Shown here piece by piece: positions 49,068 through 61,444 of a DNA stretch of 62,628 nt. The notes beneath the pieces are model-generated. The model ran no database searches. It saw only the letters and a program-made list of their open reading frames with translations, and was not told the DNA's origin. Where the stretch lies: the NCBI RefSeq assembly GCF_004010195.1, contig NC_057718.1:66750590-66813217 (forward strand), written 5' to 3'. Within the stretch, counting starts at the first letter, position 1, and each line of letters starts with the position of its first letter. The DNA comes from Chiloscyllium plagiosum (Eukaryota). A program made the position numbers and the translations under genes.

Positions 49068-49279
49068 CAGGTTGTTCTGTTGTAACATGACAGTTCCGTT
49101 GCATTGTAGCCTCGCGCTATAGAAAATCTCGCAATGGAAAACCACTATAGAAAATCGTGCTGTAGAAGATCACTATGGAAAATCACTATACCCGATCAGT
49201 ACAAAGTTCCCGTTATCCAAACAGCCTCCACAATTTATCGATCACATTATAGCCAATTCGCATATACCAGAATGACTTG
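49068..49279 (+). mobile_element. Tc1/mariner (Tigger-like) MITE
   Basis: Degenerate CAGGT(T/C)GTTCTG TIRs; TA at the right end; internal ~14-bp ctatagaaaatc repeats; sister copy at 53914-54112 in opposite orientation. Confidence 0.6.
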
Positions 49280-50225
49280 TATACTCACAAGAAAATGGCA
49301 CTAGGAGTTGTCAGGAGATTACAACATACTTTTCAATCTGCTACCTCAATCCCTGCATTTCTGTTGCAGGACTTCTATCTACATCATTGGTTCCTATGTG
49401 AACCCTATGATCTCTGACCCTTCAGAGTGTCTTGCAGGCATTCAGTGACAGCTTTGACCTTGGTCCAAAGCAAGCAACATGCTATTCTGGAATTGCGTCA
49501 TAGCCCACAGAAATACATGTCAGTACCCTCGCTATTGAGTCTTTTGCCACTATTGTTCTTCTCCTTCTCCTCACCCTTTGTGCAGCTAGACCCTGGCTCA
49601 GGTTCTTCAGAGGAACTATTTTTCAACACAAAGAAACTTTTCTTGAGTGAGATACACTCTAGAACTTGTCCCCTGCCTTTTTTCTTTTAACTGATGGTCA
49701 CCCTTCCTTCTCTGACTGCACTTCCTTAAGCTGCAGAATGACTACATCTAAAAACATGTTATCCATATAGCTCTTAACTTTGCAGCTACAATACTGTGCT
49801 TCTAGTTGACTTTCAAGCACTGAAATGTGATGCTCAAGTTGGTCAAACTGAAGACACTTCCTGTAGATGTGGTCATCCAGACTACAAAGGGACTGCAGGC
49901 CATGCAACACATAGATCTGAGTTCACCACCATATCTTTAGTTAAAATACACTATCTCAACCATAGGGACTTGGAAAAAAAGGACTTCCTAGTGGCACTGG
50001 AATCCACCTGAAAGACAATGGACTTACAGAAGAAAGCCAGCAGACCATATGACAGACAGTAGCACCAACACTAAGCAGAAAGACAGAAGGGAACACTCCG
50101 AACACACTAGAAAGGAAAGCCCTGGAAGGACTCAGAAAAGAGAAATATCGTAATCGTTTAGGCAACAAAGGGTGCGTGACTGTCATCCTGAACAGAACAC
50201 AATACATTGATAAAGCAAACACACT

Positions 50226-51860
50226 TTGCATCAGTGTTCACTGAGGAGCGGAACATGGTGAATGTTGAGATTAGAGACAGAAGTTTGATTAGGCTGGATC
50301 ATGTTGGCAAAAGTAGGGAAGATGTGTTGGGTATGCTAGAGGTTATTAAGGTGGACAAATCCTCAAGACCAGATGGGATCTATCCCAGGTTGCTGAGGGA
50401 GGCAAGAGAGGAAATAGCTGGGGTCCTGACAGATATCTTTGTGGCATCCTTAAATACAGGTGAGGTGCCGGAGGACTGGAAGGTTGCTCATGTTGTCCCC
50501 TGTACAAGAAAGGTAGTAGGGATATTCCAGGTAACTACAGACCACTGACCCTGATGTCGGTGGTGGGGAAGTTGCTGGAGAGGGCACTGAGAGATAGGAT
50601 CTATTCATATTTAGAAAAGAATGAGCTTATCAGTGATAGGCAACATAGTTTTGTGCGGGGAGATCTTGCCTTACCAACTTAATAGAGTTCTTCGAGGAAG
50701 TGACCAAGTTGTTAGATGAATGAAAGGGCTGTTGATGTCATATACATTTAGTAAGGCGTTTGATAAGGTTCCCTATTATAGACTAATGGAGAAAGTGAAG
50801 TCACATGGTGTGCAGGGTGTTCTAGCAAGATGGAGAAAGAACTGGTTGAGCAACAGGTGACAGAGAGTGTAGTTGAAGGGAGTTTCTCGAAATGGAGAAA
50901 GGTTACCGGTGGTGTTCCACAGGGGTCAGTTTTGGGTTCACTGTTGTTTGTAGTATACATAAATGATCTAGAAGAGGGCTCTGTTGGTATGAACAGCAAG
51001 TTTGCAGATGACACAAAGATTGGTGGAGTAGCAGAAAGCATAAGGGACTGTCAGAGAGCACAGGAGGATATAGATAGACTGGAGAGTTGGGTGGAAAAGT
51101 GGCAGATGGCTTTCAATCCAGACAAATGTGAGGTGATGCATTTTGGCAAGTCTAATTCTAGAGCGAATTATACAATGAATGGAAGAGCCTTGGGAAAAGT
51201 TGATGGGCACAGAGATCTGGGAGTGCAGGTCCATTGTACCCTGAAGGTTGATGCACAAGTGGATAGAGTGGTCAAGAAGACATATAGTATGCTTGCCTTC
51301 ATTGGACGGGTTATTGAGTATGAGAGTTGGCAAGTCATGTTAAAATTGTACAAGACATTGGTTTGGCCGCATTTAGAATACTGTGTACAGTTCTGGTCAC
51401 TACATTACCAAAAGGATGTGGACGCTTTGGAGAGGGTGCAAAGAAGGTTTACGAGGATGTTGCCTCGTAAGGAGATTGAGAGGGGACCTTATTGAGGTTT
51501 ACAAAATCATGGAGGGTATAGACAGGGTGGATAGAGACAAGCTTTTTCCCAGGGTGAAGGATTCAATAACAAGAGGTCATGCTTTCAAGGTGAGAGGTGG
51601 AAAGTTTAAGGGGGATACACGTGGCAAATACTTCACACAGAGGTGGCAGGTGTTTGGAACGCATTGCCAGCAGAGGTGGTAGAGGCAGGCACAGTGGATT
51701 CATTTAAGCTGCGACTGGACAGATACATGAGTAGGTGGGGAGCAGAGGGATACAAATGTTTAGGAATTGACCGACAGGTTTAGACAGTACATTTGGATTG
51801 GCTCAGGCTTGGAGGGCTGAAGGGCCTGTTCCTGGGCTGTAAATTTTCTTTGTTCTTTGT
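50226..51860 (+). mobile_element. CR1 LINE nested in the Penelope element
   Basis: [32 protein letters not shown]; (ttctttg)n tail. Confidence 0.93.
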
Positions 51861-52545
51861 ACTACTCACAGATGCTGATACCTACCAACAGCTGGTGATG
51901 GACCCGACTCCATAGCTAGAAAACCATATTACAGCATTCCCTAAGGAAACTTCACAAGACGGATGAAATTAACAAGACAGACATCCAAAGAATGAAACCT
52001 GAAGGATCCAACACACCCCGTTTCTACGGATTACCAAAGGTACGTAAACAGGGGGCCCCGTCAGACCCATAGTCTCACTGATACAATGACATACAGACTA
52101 GCAAAGGAACTGCAATGCAAACTGAAACACCTAGTGGAAGACTCAAGCCACTCCATCCACTCCAACCAGGAATTCCTTAACATCATCAAAGACACCAAGG
52201 TAGAGGATGACGAGGTCATGGTTTCATTCGACGTGACAGCCCTATGCACATCAATAAACATCATCCTAGCCAAAGAAACACTGGCCTCACTGCTAGACAA
52301 ATCAAACACCTGACAGCACCAGTTCCATCACCAAGGACAGCATCTTCAACCTGGTAGACCTGTGCCTCACAACTTACTTCACCTTCAATGACAAGACCTA
52401 CGAGCAAATCAATAGGGTGTCTAAGAGGACTCTTAGCAGAAGCAGTTATGTAGAGGTTGAAATGAACTGCCCTTCCCACGATCCAGCCCAAACTTTGGGT
52501 CTGCTATGTGAGTGACGCCTTTGTCATCACGAAACGCAATAAATT

Positions 52546-52863
52546 AGATTAGATTAGATTAGATTACAGTGTGGAAACAGGCCCTTCAGCCCAACAAGTC
52601 CACACCGACCCGCCGAAGCGAAACCCACCCATACCCCTACATTTACCCCTTACCTAACACTACGGGCAATTTAGCATGGCCAATTCACCTGACCTGCACA
52701 TCTTTTGGATGGTGGGAGGAAACCGGAGCACCCGGAGGAAACCCACGCAGACACGGGGAGAACGTGCAAACTCCACACAGTCAGTCGCCTGAGGCGGGAA
52801 TTGAACCCGGGTCTCTGGCACTGTGAGGCAGCAGTGCTAACCACTGTGCCACCGTGCCGCCCA
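52546..52863 (-). mobile_element. HE1-type V-SINE, young
   Basis: Reverse complement of full HE1; (gatta)n tail. Confidence 0.95.
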
Positions 52864-52967
52864 CAAACCCATTAGAAGAAACCCACAAACACATAAACAA
52901 CATCCTTACCGGTATAAAGTTCACCAAAGAGGAAGAGAACAACAACAGACTCCCCTACTGGGGGGAA

Positions 52968-53106
52968 GACATTTTGGGCATAAGCCCTTCATCAGGAACG
53001 AAGCCTCATTTCTGATGAAGGGCTTATGCCTGAAACATCGATTCGCCTGCTCCTCGGATGTTGCCTGACCTGCTGTGCTTTGCCAGCACCACACTCTTGA
53101 TCTGAT
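52968..53106. mobile_element. Family A terminal palindrome with two opposed hammerhead motifs
   Basis: tcatcag 52989-52995 (minus); CTGATGA 53012-53018, GGGC-ttat-GCCT, GAAA 53032-53035 (plus). Confidence 0.8.
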
Positions 53107-53690
53107 AAGTACAGTCCGTCGACTCCTACACAACAGACCTAAACAAGAAGACACAGCACACCCAGAAACTCTAGCCACCCTTCCATACATTAAAGATATC
53201 TCGGAGGTGACAACGAGACTATTCCGGCCCCTAGCATCATGGTAGCCCACCACACTGAAACAGCTCCTGAATGAGTTTAAAGGACCCTGTAGCAACAATT
53301 AGCAGAATGAATGTTGATACAAAAATACCCTGCAAGGACTACAACAAACATTACATTTGACAAATGGGCAGGAAACTAGACACCAGGATACATGAGCACC
53401 AAGTAGCCACCAAAAGACATAACCATCTATCACTAGTATCTATAAACACTGATGAAGAGGGACACGAGTTCAATTGGGACAATACATCCATACTGGGACA
53501 GGATAAACAAAGACATGAATGGGAATTCCTAGAGGCCCGGCCTTCAAACTGGAACTCCATTAGCAAATGTATCGATTTGGACCCCACTAACCAACCTCTC
53601 AGAAAAAGAACTGTAAGTGATATCACCCACCACAACAGACCAAGATAGATAAATAGCAAGTGGGACAGAACACCAGTGCTTCATTGGAGA

Positions 53691-53732
53691 CTCACTGATG
53701 ATGTTACCTATCATGGTGACGAAACATCTGAG
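53691..53732 (+). ncRNA. Minimal type-I hammerhead ribozyme motif at the 3' end of the Poseidon-type element
   Basis: Stem I ctca/tgag; CTGATGA 53695-53701; stem II GTTACC-tatcat-GGTGAC; GAAA 53721-53724; CATC (probably a CpG-decayed CGTC). Confidence 0.7.
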
Positions 53733-53913
53733 AACAAATCTACCAGCTCAGTGAGCAAACTTACAATCTAATCCACAACCTCAGCTACAATGTTCTCCAA
53801 AATTGCAAAAACTTATCTTAAATTTAAGCCATGTAAAAAATTATTTAAGTTCCTTTATTGTTTAAGAAAAAGAATCTGGAATTCTTAGCTTTCCATAAAT
53901 TAGCTTTAAATTA

Positions 53914-54112
53914 CAGGCCTTCTGCTATACTGCATGTTTCGTCAGCGCAAATTGGCTATAACAAGATTCTTGAATTGTGGACGTTGTTTGGATAATGCGA
54001 GCTTTCTACAAAAGAGTATAGCGAATTTCTACTAGCGATCTCATACAATGCGATTTTCTATAGCGCAAGGTTGCAGAGGAACACAACTGTCAGGTTAAAG
54101 CAGAACAACCGG
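53914..54112 (-). mobile_element. Tc1/mariner (Tigger-like) MITE, sister of 49068-49279
   Basis: Reverse-complement similarity over ~200 bp; TA at the left end. Confidence 0.6.
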
Positions 54113-56234
54113 CAGAGAGAAAAACAACTTATTGACTGCCATCAATAAGCTTCTTGCTTTGCACTTTCACCAGCCTTTTCAAATGTAAGAAAGGTTCCTC
54201 TTGAGGTTAGGTACTGCTGCAATTGGCTCAATTTCTTGTTCCTATTGTCACTGGTTTTATAGCCCCAAACTCCTCTGTAATTGTGGTCTTTTTCACTCTG
54301 GTTGTATAGCCTGAACTCCTCTGATCACCCACTCTCCTTCATGGTGGTTATAAGGCCCCAAAACCCTCTCCTTATTTCTTGTAATGGTGTGTTCACGTTA
54401 CCCCCTCCTCTCAGTGATGTTGACTGTCATCGGCTCCTTACCTCACTCCTCATCTCAGTGATGCTGATGCCTATCTCGGGGTCCTCACCTTGCTTGCTCA
54501 TCTTCCATTTATTTCAGCTCCACACTTTGCCTTACTCTTTCTATTTCTTCACTGTGTTCTTCTTACCTCTTTCAAATGGTTTACTCCATTGGTTTACTCA
54601 GTCTTGCCTTTTCTTTGTTTTATTCCACTCTGCCTCACTCTATTCTAATGCTGAACCTCTCCATTTTCTGGGAACCACTTTCAGGCCCAGTCTATTTTAT
54701 GTTGGGAAGTTGGACAGATACTTGAATTTTCTTTCTAAGCCTCCTAAAGTGATGCAGTAATATTTACACATCTAGAGAGATTTAGATATTTATGACAAAT
54801 GCAACTGCATTTGCCTCATATTTCATTTAATATCTTAGGTGGAACTTATTTAATTTGTTGATCATTGTTGCCTTTCAGACTTTTGGAGTCATGCTGGTTT
54901 TGAGTCATGTGGAATACTTCTTTGAATGCTTCCTACATTATGCTGACAGTTTTATCTATTAATCACTCAGACGAGTTTACTGTGGTAATTCTCAATCTTC
55001 AAAGTTCTCTGTCATTAAGTTTATAATCCTGATTTGCAGTTTATCCTCTCCGTCTCAAATCTAATATACAATTGATCAATACGATCACTTTTCACAACGT
55101 GATCACCATATATTACTTGTCACTCAGTGTAGTACCCTTGTCAAATCAAAAATATATTTGGGAGAATTTTCACCTCTCTGGTATGATGTAGCCATTAGCA
55201 AGTAAGTTGTGAAAAGTATGACAAGAAAAATTAGAATTCACGGTTGAGGAAAGATTAAGCAATTTTCCCCGTAAGCTTTAAATAGTGACTTCAGAACCTT
55301 GCTAATGAGCAGCAATTCCCTTATTTCCATACCACTTCCAAATCTGCTGTCCTTCCCTGAGTATGTAGCTGGCCCAAGACCCCGAGATGAAATTAGATTG
55401 GTACTGAGTAGCTGCAGATCATCACTTGCTTGGTCTGGCCATCAATTAACCATTTATGAAGCATAAAACCCTGTATGCTCCATGGTCCCCATCCGCTTTG
55501 ATCCTTCGTTCACTCAAGTTGGCATTGACAAACCACCAAAGACCTGACCACCATGGTTGCTCTTGAACCAACTCTCAAACCACTTAAGCTTTTCAACACT
55601 TGATTTTGCAGTTCAGGGACACCTATGACTTCATTGCTTTACCCAGGTAGCTTTGTGCCCAGAGATACACTTGCATCTCATGCTTCTGCATTCAAGGCAT
55701 ACAGTATGCAAACAAGGGCTTAAAGCTTGCTTTCTTAGTGCTCACATAATTTGTGCTTACTTGGAAGCTGCTACCCTCTGTGTTTTGCAATGCATTTTAC
55801 TGCATAGGATCTTTAGTGCTTATTTACATGTTGTCAGCATCTGGGTGGCATTGTTTATTATTGTTAAGAGTCTTCAGTGGTCAATTACAGGCTGTGAGCT
55901 TCTGTGATTTGCAATACTCTTTTATACAGAGGGAAAGACAGATCATTTTTCACAATAAGGAGCACTGAATAGTCAAGGGGTGAATATAGTACAGTATTGC
56001 ACCAGGCTACATCCATGTTGGAACTGCAACATATGTCAACAGCTTGTGTGGGGTAGACACTGTCTGAAAATCAAAGGGAACTAGTCTCGGGTGGGGTGAA
56101 GGCGATTACAGTTAGCTAAGGGTTACTGTCACATTTAGTCAAGGGGTTTGACTAATTCCATTCTAGGGAGTTGTTCACAGTCAATCAGACAAGTACTTAG
56201 TCCTACCAGAGTCTGGGATCTGTGTTGTAGAACT

Positions 56235-56315
56235 GTTCTGCAGAACAGTCACTGGACCTGAAAGATTCACGCTGCTTTCTCTCCACAGATACTGCCAGAC
56301 CTGCTCAATTTCTCA
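56235..56315 (+). mobile_element. Decayed Penelope terminal repeat (fourth family) with degenerate hammerhead
   Basis: ctgcagaacagtcactggacctgaaag...ctccacagatactgccagacctgct; related to the reverse complement of 20708-20808. Confidence 0.5.
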
Positions 56316-57345
56316 AATGTTTAAGCACCTTTTATCTACCCCATACCCAAAACCCTGTATGCCACTGGTAATCTGAAAGCTACCATCCCCTACCTTAAAC
56401 ATACTCAAAGACTGTGTTTCCATGGCCCTTTTGTGGTCAGGAATTCCAAAGGTTCACAATCCTCTCTGTAAGAAAAAATCTTCAAATTCTCCTCATCGTG
56501 GGCCTAAGTGGCATTATCACTTATTTTTAAATTGTACCATCTGGTTTTAGAATTCCCAACGAGGGGAAACATTTTAACTGCATTTACCCTGTACATCCCT
56601 TCAAGTATTTTGCAAGTTTCAATGAGATCATCTCTCATTATTTGAAACTTAGAGAAAGCAGGTCAGGTTTGCCCATTCTCTCTTCATAGGATAGGATGCA
56701 CTGCCTTTATAACAGTAATATCTTTCCTGAGATAAGGAGACCAAAACTGCACATAGTACTCTAGGTGTGGTCTAACCAACTCCTACACAATTAAAGCAAT
56801 TCAGTACTCCATCTACAATGTTCTTACCTTTCACTAAGCCTGTCTAAATCCTCCTGAAACTGCTTAACATCTCGCTCAGTATACACATTCCTACATAGTT
56901 TTAAATCATCTGCAACTTTGGAAATATTACATTTGGTCCCCAACTCTAGATTCTATGTAATAATATGTGGATATATATGCCACTGAGGGCCAATTACTGA
57001 TCCTTGCAGTACTCCAAAAGTCACAGCCTTCCAGCACAAGAATGAACCATTTCTTCCTACTGTCTTCTCTGTTAGCTAATCATTTCTCTATGCCAGTACA
57101 TTAACTCTTGTCCCATGTACTTTTGATTTTTCTCACCAATATCCTGTGACGGCTTTATGAAAAATCTTTTGAGAATCTACGTATACTACATCCATCAACT
57201 CTCCTTTATAAACTTTGTTAGTAACATCATCAAAAAATTCCACAGGTATGTAAAACATGATTTACTATTCAAAACTCCATCCTGACTATGTCCAATCAGA
57301 TCATTAACGACCAGGTGTCCATTTATTCCCATACTTTATAATAGA

Positions 57346-58945
57346 TTATGTTGTTAAGGAGAATACTGTGATACAGGCTACTGGCATACAAGTGATTGAG
57401 GTTCACAAGGAGAAGGTGTTAGCTATTCTGGCAAGTGTGAAAATAGATTAAACCCCATGGCCGGAAGGGATTTATCATAGGATTCTCTGGGAAGCCAGGG
57501 AAGAGTTTGCAGCGCCTTTGGCTGTGATCTATATATATGTCATCATTGTCTACAGGAATTGTGCCAGAAGACTGGAGGATAGCAAATGTTCCCTGTTCAA
57601 GAAGGGGAGTAGAGACAACTATAGAAATTATAGACCGGTGAGCCTTACTTCGGTTGTGGGTAAAGTGTTGGAAAAGGTTATAAGACATGGGATTTATAAT
57701 CATTTAGAAAGGAATGATTTGATTAGGGATAGTCAACATGGTTTTGTGAAGGGTAGGTCGTGCCTCACAAACCTTATTGAGTTCTTTGTGAAGGTGACCA
57801 AACAGGTGGATGAAGGTAAAGCGGTTGATGTGGTGTATAGGGATTTTGGTAATGCATTTGATAATGTTCCCCACAGTAAGCTATTGTACAAAATATGGAG
57901 GCATGGGATTGAGGGTGATTTAGTAGTTTGGATCAGAAATTGGCTAGCTGAAAGAAGACAGAGGGTGGTGGTTGATTGGAAATGTTCATCCTGGAGTTCA
58001 GTTACTAGTGATATACCGCAACAATCTGTTTTGGGTCCACTACTGTTTGCCATTTTTATAAATGATCTGGATGAGGGCATGGCAGGATGGGTTAGTGAAT
58101 TTGCGGATGACACTGAGGTTGGTGAAATTGTGGACAGAGCGGAAGGATGTTGCAGATTACAAAGGGGACATAGATAAGCTGCAGAGGTGGGCTGAGTGGT
58201 GGCAAATGAAGTTTAATATGGAAAAGTGTGAGGTGATTCACTTTGGAAGGAGCAACAGTAATGTGGAGTACTGGGCTATTGGTAAGATCCTTGGTAGTGT
58301 AGATGAGCAGAGAGATCTCAGTGTCCATATATATATGTATAGATGCCTGAAAGTTTCCACCTAGGCTGATAGAGTTGTTAAGAAGGCATACGGTGTGTTA
58401 ACTTTTATTAGTAGAGGGAAAACACTCTAGTGCAGCTGCACTTGGAGTATGGCATACAGTTCTGGTCACCGCATTATAGGCAGGATGTGGAAGCTTTGGA
58501 AAGGGTTCAGAGGCGATTTACGAGGATGTTGCCTGGTATGGAGGGAAGGTCTTATGAGGAAAGGCTGAGAGACTTGAGGCTGTTTTCATTAGAGAGAAAA
58601 AAGTTGAGAGGTGACTTATTTGAGACATATAAGATAGTCAGAGGGTTAGATAGGGTGGACAGTAAGAGCCTTTTTGCTCAGATGGCTAGCACGAGTGAAC
58701 GTAGCTTTAAATTGAGGAGTTATAGATATGGGACAGATGTCAGAGTAGTTTCTTTACTCAGCGAGTAATAGAGGTGTGGAACGCCCTGCCTGCGCCAACT
58801 TTAAAAGTATTTAAATGGTCATTGAATAAACATATGGATGAAAATGAAATAGTCTAGGATAGAAAGGCTTCAGATTGCTTTCACAGGTTGGCACAATATT
58901 GAGGGCCAAAGGGCCTGTACTGCGCTCTAATGTTCTATATCCTAT
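57346..58945 (+). mobile_element. CR1 LINE, same subfamily as 37155-39015
   Basis: NYRPVSLTSVVGK, QHGFVKGRSCLTNL, FADDT. Confidence 0.93.
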
Positions 58946-60729
58946 GTAGATTCTAACTTTTTCCCTATGACGGATTTAAGGCTAACAGATCTGCAGTTTC
59001 CTGTTTTCTCTTTTACTGTCTTCTTAAAAGGTGAGGTAATATTTGCAACATCTTAATCTGCAGGAATCATTCTAGAATCTGTATAATTTGGGAAGATAGT
59101 CATCAATACTTTGACTGTCTGTTTAGCCACCTTTTTCAACACTGGGAATTTATCAACTTTCACCCTCACTAATTTCTCCAGTACAATTTTCTTGTTAATG
59201 CCATATTCCTTCAACTCATTCTCCCTAGTGAGTTAAATCTCTGGTCTTGGGAATTTTCTTCCTCAATGAAAACAGATACAAAATAATCATTTAGCTTCTC
59301 TTTATTCCTTATTATAAAATGTCCTTTGTATTGGGCCCACATTTGATTGAGGCAAACGTTTCCTTTTTATTCGCATATAAAAGCTTTTGCTGTTTATTTT
59401 TATGTTTTTGATAGATTGCATTCATATTCTGTTCTCCCTTTCCTTATCAGTTCTTGGCCCTTCTTTGATGTATTCTATAAACCTCCTAATCCTCAAATTT
59501 ATTGTTAATCCTGATAATTTAATAGGCATCTTCTTTTACTCTTATACAATCCTGAACTTATTTGGTAGCCATAATTGACTGAACGTTTTTGAGTTTTGTG
59601 CTTTGAAGGAACAGTTGCTGTAAGCCATGTTCTTCAAAGACTATCCATTGTCTTTGTGTAGTCATGTCTTTTAGTATATTTTCTCAATTCACCACTGCCG
59701 TAATGCCTTTATTAAAATTAATACCCTTTCTTCAGAATTAATGACTTCACTTTCAAACATAAAGCTCTATCATTTGTGGTCACTCACCCCTAATGACTTT
59801 TTTTAATATCAAGGTTATAAATGAGCTCTTTTTCAATACATCCTATTAGATCTAAAATAACATGACCTCTGGTTGATTCCTCAACATACTGTTCCAGAAT
59901 ACACTCAAAAAACTCCTCCACAACTTCAGTGCTCACCTGGTTTGCCCAGTCTATATGCAGATTGAGGGCATCCTGTGATAGTTTTGCCCATGCTATATAC
60001 TTCTGTCATCTCCTGATTAATATCATGTGACAGTGCAACTACTATTTGGTAGATTATAAATAATTCCAGTCAATATCTGCTGCCACTTGCTGTTTCTTTC
60101 TCCATCCAAACAGATTCCACACACTATTCTTCCAATCTGAAATCCTCCCTTACTAATGTATCAGTCCTATCCTTTACTATCAACACAACTCCACCTTATT
60201 TTCCTTTTTGTCTATCCTTCCTAAATAACTCCACTGAGGTTGGTATTCTGTCACCAAGTCATCCTTTATTTATACAGGGAAAGTCCTTGACTCTGGCATA
60301 GCTTTGTCAGAGTCAGCACCCAGAGTGTCAGAATCTCTGCCCCTGTTTTTATCTGTGAGGTAGAGTTGCCCGATTGGACCAGAATAACAGCCTCAATCTG
60401 AACACGCATATTTTACAATCTCCAGACTAAATATCGAATATCCTTAAATGTTTAGTTCCCAGTTATGGTTACCATGCGGCTATGGTTCTGTATTGACAAT
60501 TAGTCATACCCATGTATCTTTATTTGTGCTTTAAATCATCTGCCTTCATGTGAATAGCTTTGTCTTTTAGACATCATTCCACTTTAGGATTTTTTCAACT
60601 TCTGTTACCAATTTTACTTGTTCCTAAATTGGACTACCCTTCCTGTTCACATAAAGCTGACAAGCCAGCTTAAGCCCACCTGAACAGCATTAGCAAATCT
60701 CACTTTGAGGATATCACTCCCACCCTAGG

Positions 60730-61024
60730 ATAGGGAAATGCAAAACTAGAGAGCATATATTTATGGTCAGAGGAGAAAGATTTAAAAGGGACCCGATGGG
60801 GCTTTTTCACACAGGGTGTTTTGTATGTGGAATGAACTGCCACAGGAAATAGTAGGCACAGGTACAGTTTTAACATTTAAAAGATCTTTGGACAGGTGCA
60901 TAAATAGACAATGTTTAGAGGAATATGGGTCAAATGCAGGCAAGTGGGACTAGTTTGGGAAACTTGGTCAGCATGGACGAATTGGACTGAAAGGTCTGTT
61001 TCCGTGCTATATGACTCTATGACA
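60730..61024 (+). mobile_element. CR1 3' end
   Basis: CR1 C-terminus plus ctatgact tail. Confidence 0.8.
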
Positions 61025-61444
61025 CTCTTATTAAAGTGTAACCCATCCGGCTTGTACAGGCCCTAGGTGCCCCAGAAACCTGATGCCATCTCGTCTACAC
61101 CAGTTCTTCAGCCATGCATTCATTCTGTTTGTATGCTCATGGGAGTAATCCTGAGATTATCTTTCTTGAGGTCCTGCTTTTTAATTTCCTTCCTAACTGT
61201 CTAGAATCTGCCTGGGGGACCGCATCCTTCTTCCTATCTATATTGTTGATATCTGTGTGGACTGTGACTTCAGGCTGATCTGTTACCTCTGAAAGATGTC
61301 CTAGAGCTGCCTCATGACATCCTTGACCCTGGCACCAGGAAGAAAACACACTGTTCTGGAGTCACATTTACTGTCATAGATGTGCCTGTCTGATCTCCTG
61401 ACTCTGGATTCTATAAAAATATTGCTCTTCCATTCTTCTTCCCA

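Larger units (their letters stand above)
49955..53800 (+). mobile_element. Penelope-like element family C (Poseidon-type), decayed, with nested CR1, HE1 and family A palindrome
   Basis: ERKALEGLRK..KG.VTVILNRTQYIDKAN; FYGLPKV; VMVSFDVTALCTSI; GIY-YIG tail GRKLDTRIHEHQ...HEFNWDNTSILG...REFLE-like; terminal hammerhead. Confidence 0.88.
56330..61440 (-). mobile_element. Old, long minus-strand CR1 including ORF1 esterase remnant, fragmented by later insertions
   Basis: Minus-strand RT remnants 56330-57345 and 58950-60220; ORF1 SGNH-like QPEVTVH...LGRKLKSRTSRKIISGLLP at 61137-61349. Confidence 0.65.

Noticed and set aside
49100..49195. CRISPR-like short repeats
   Set aside because: Contiguous ~14-bp tandem units with no spacers, inside a MITE in eukaryotic DNA.
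49068..54112. One large DNA transposon bounded by the two inverted MITE copies
   Set aside because: Each copy has its own pair of TIRs and no transposase lies between them.
54281..54760. 159-aa hydrophobic ORF as the transmembrane exon 2 of the HCN-like gene
   Set aside because: No WD/S1, FxxD/S2 or S4 arginine motifs; pyrimidine-rich decayed sequence explains the composition.
55653..55968. Hydrophobic ORFs after possible acceptors
   Set aside because: No HCN-like motifs in the frame compatible with the phase-2 intron. The acceptor at about 54878 also hits a stop quickly.
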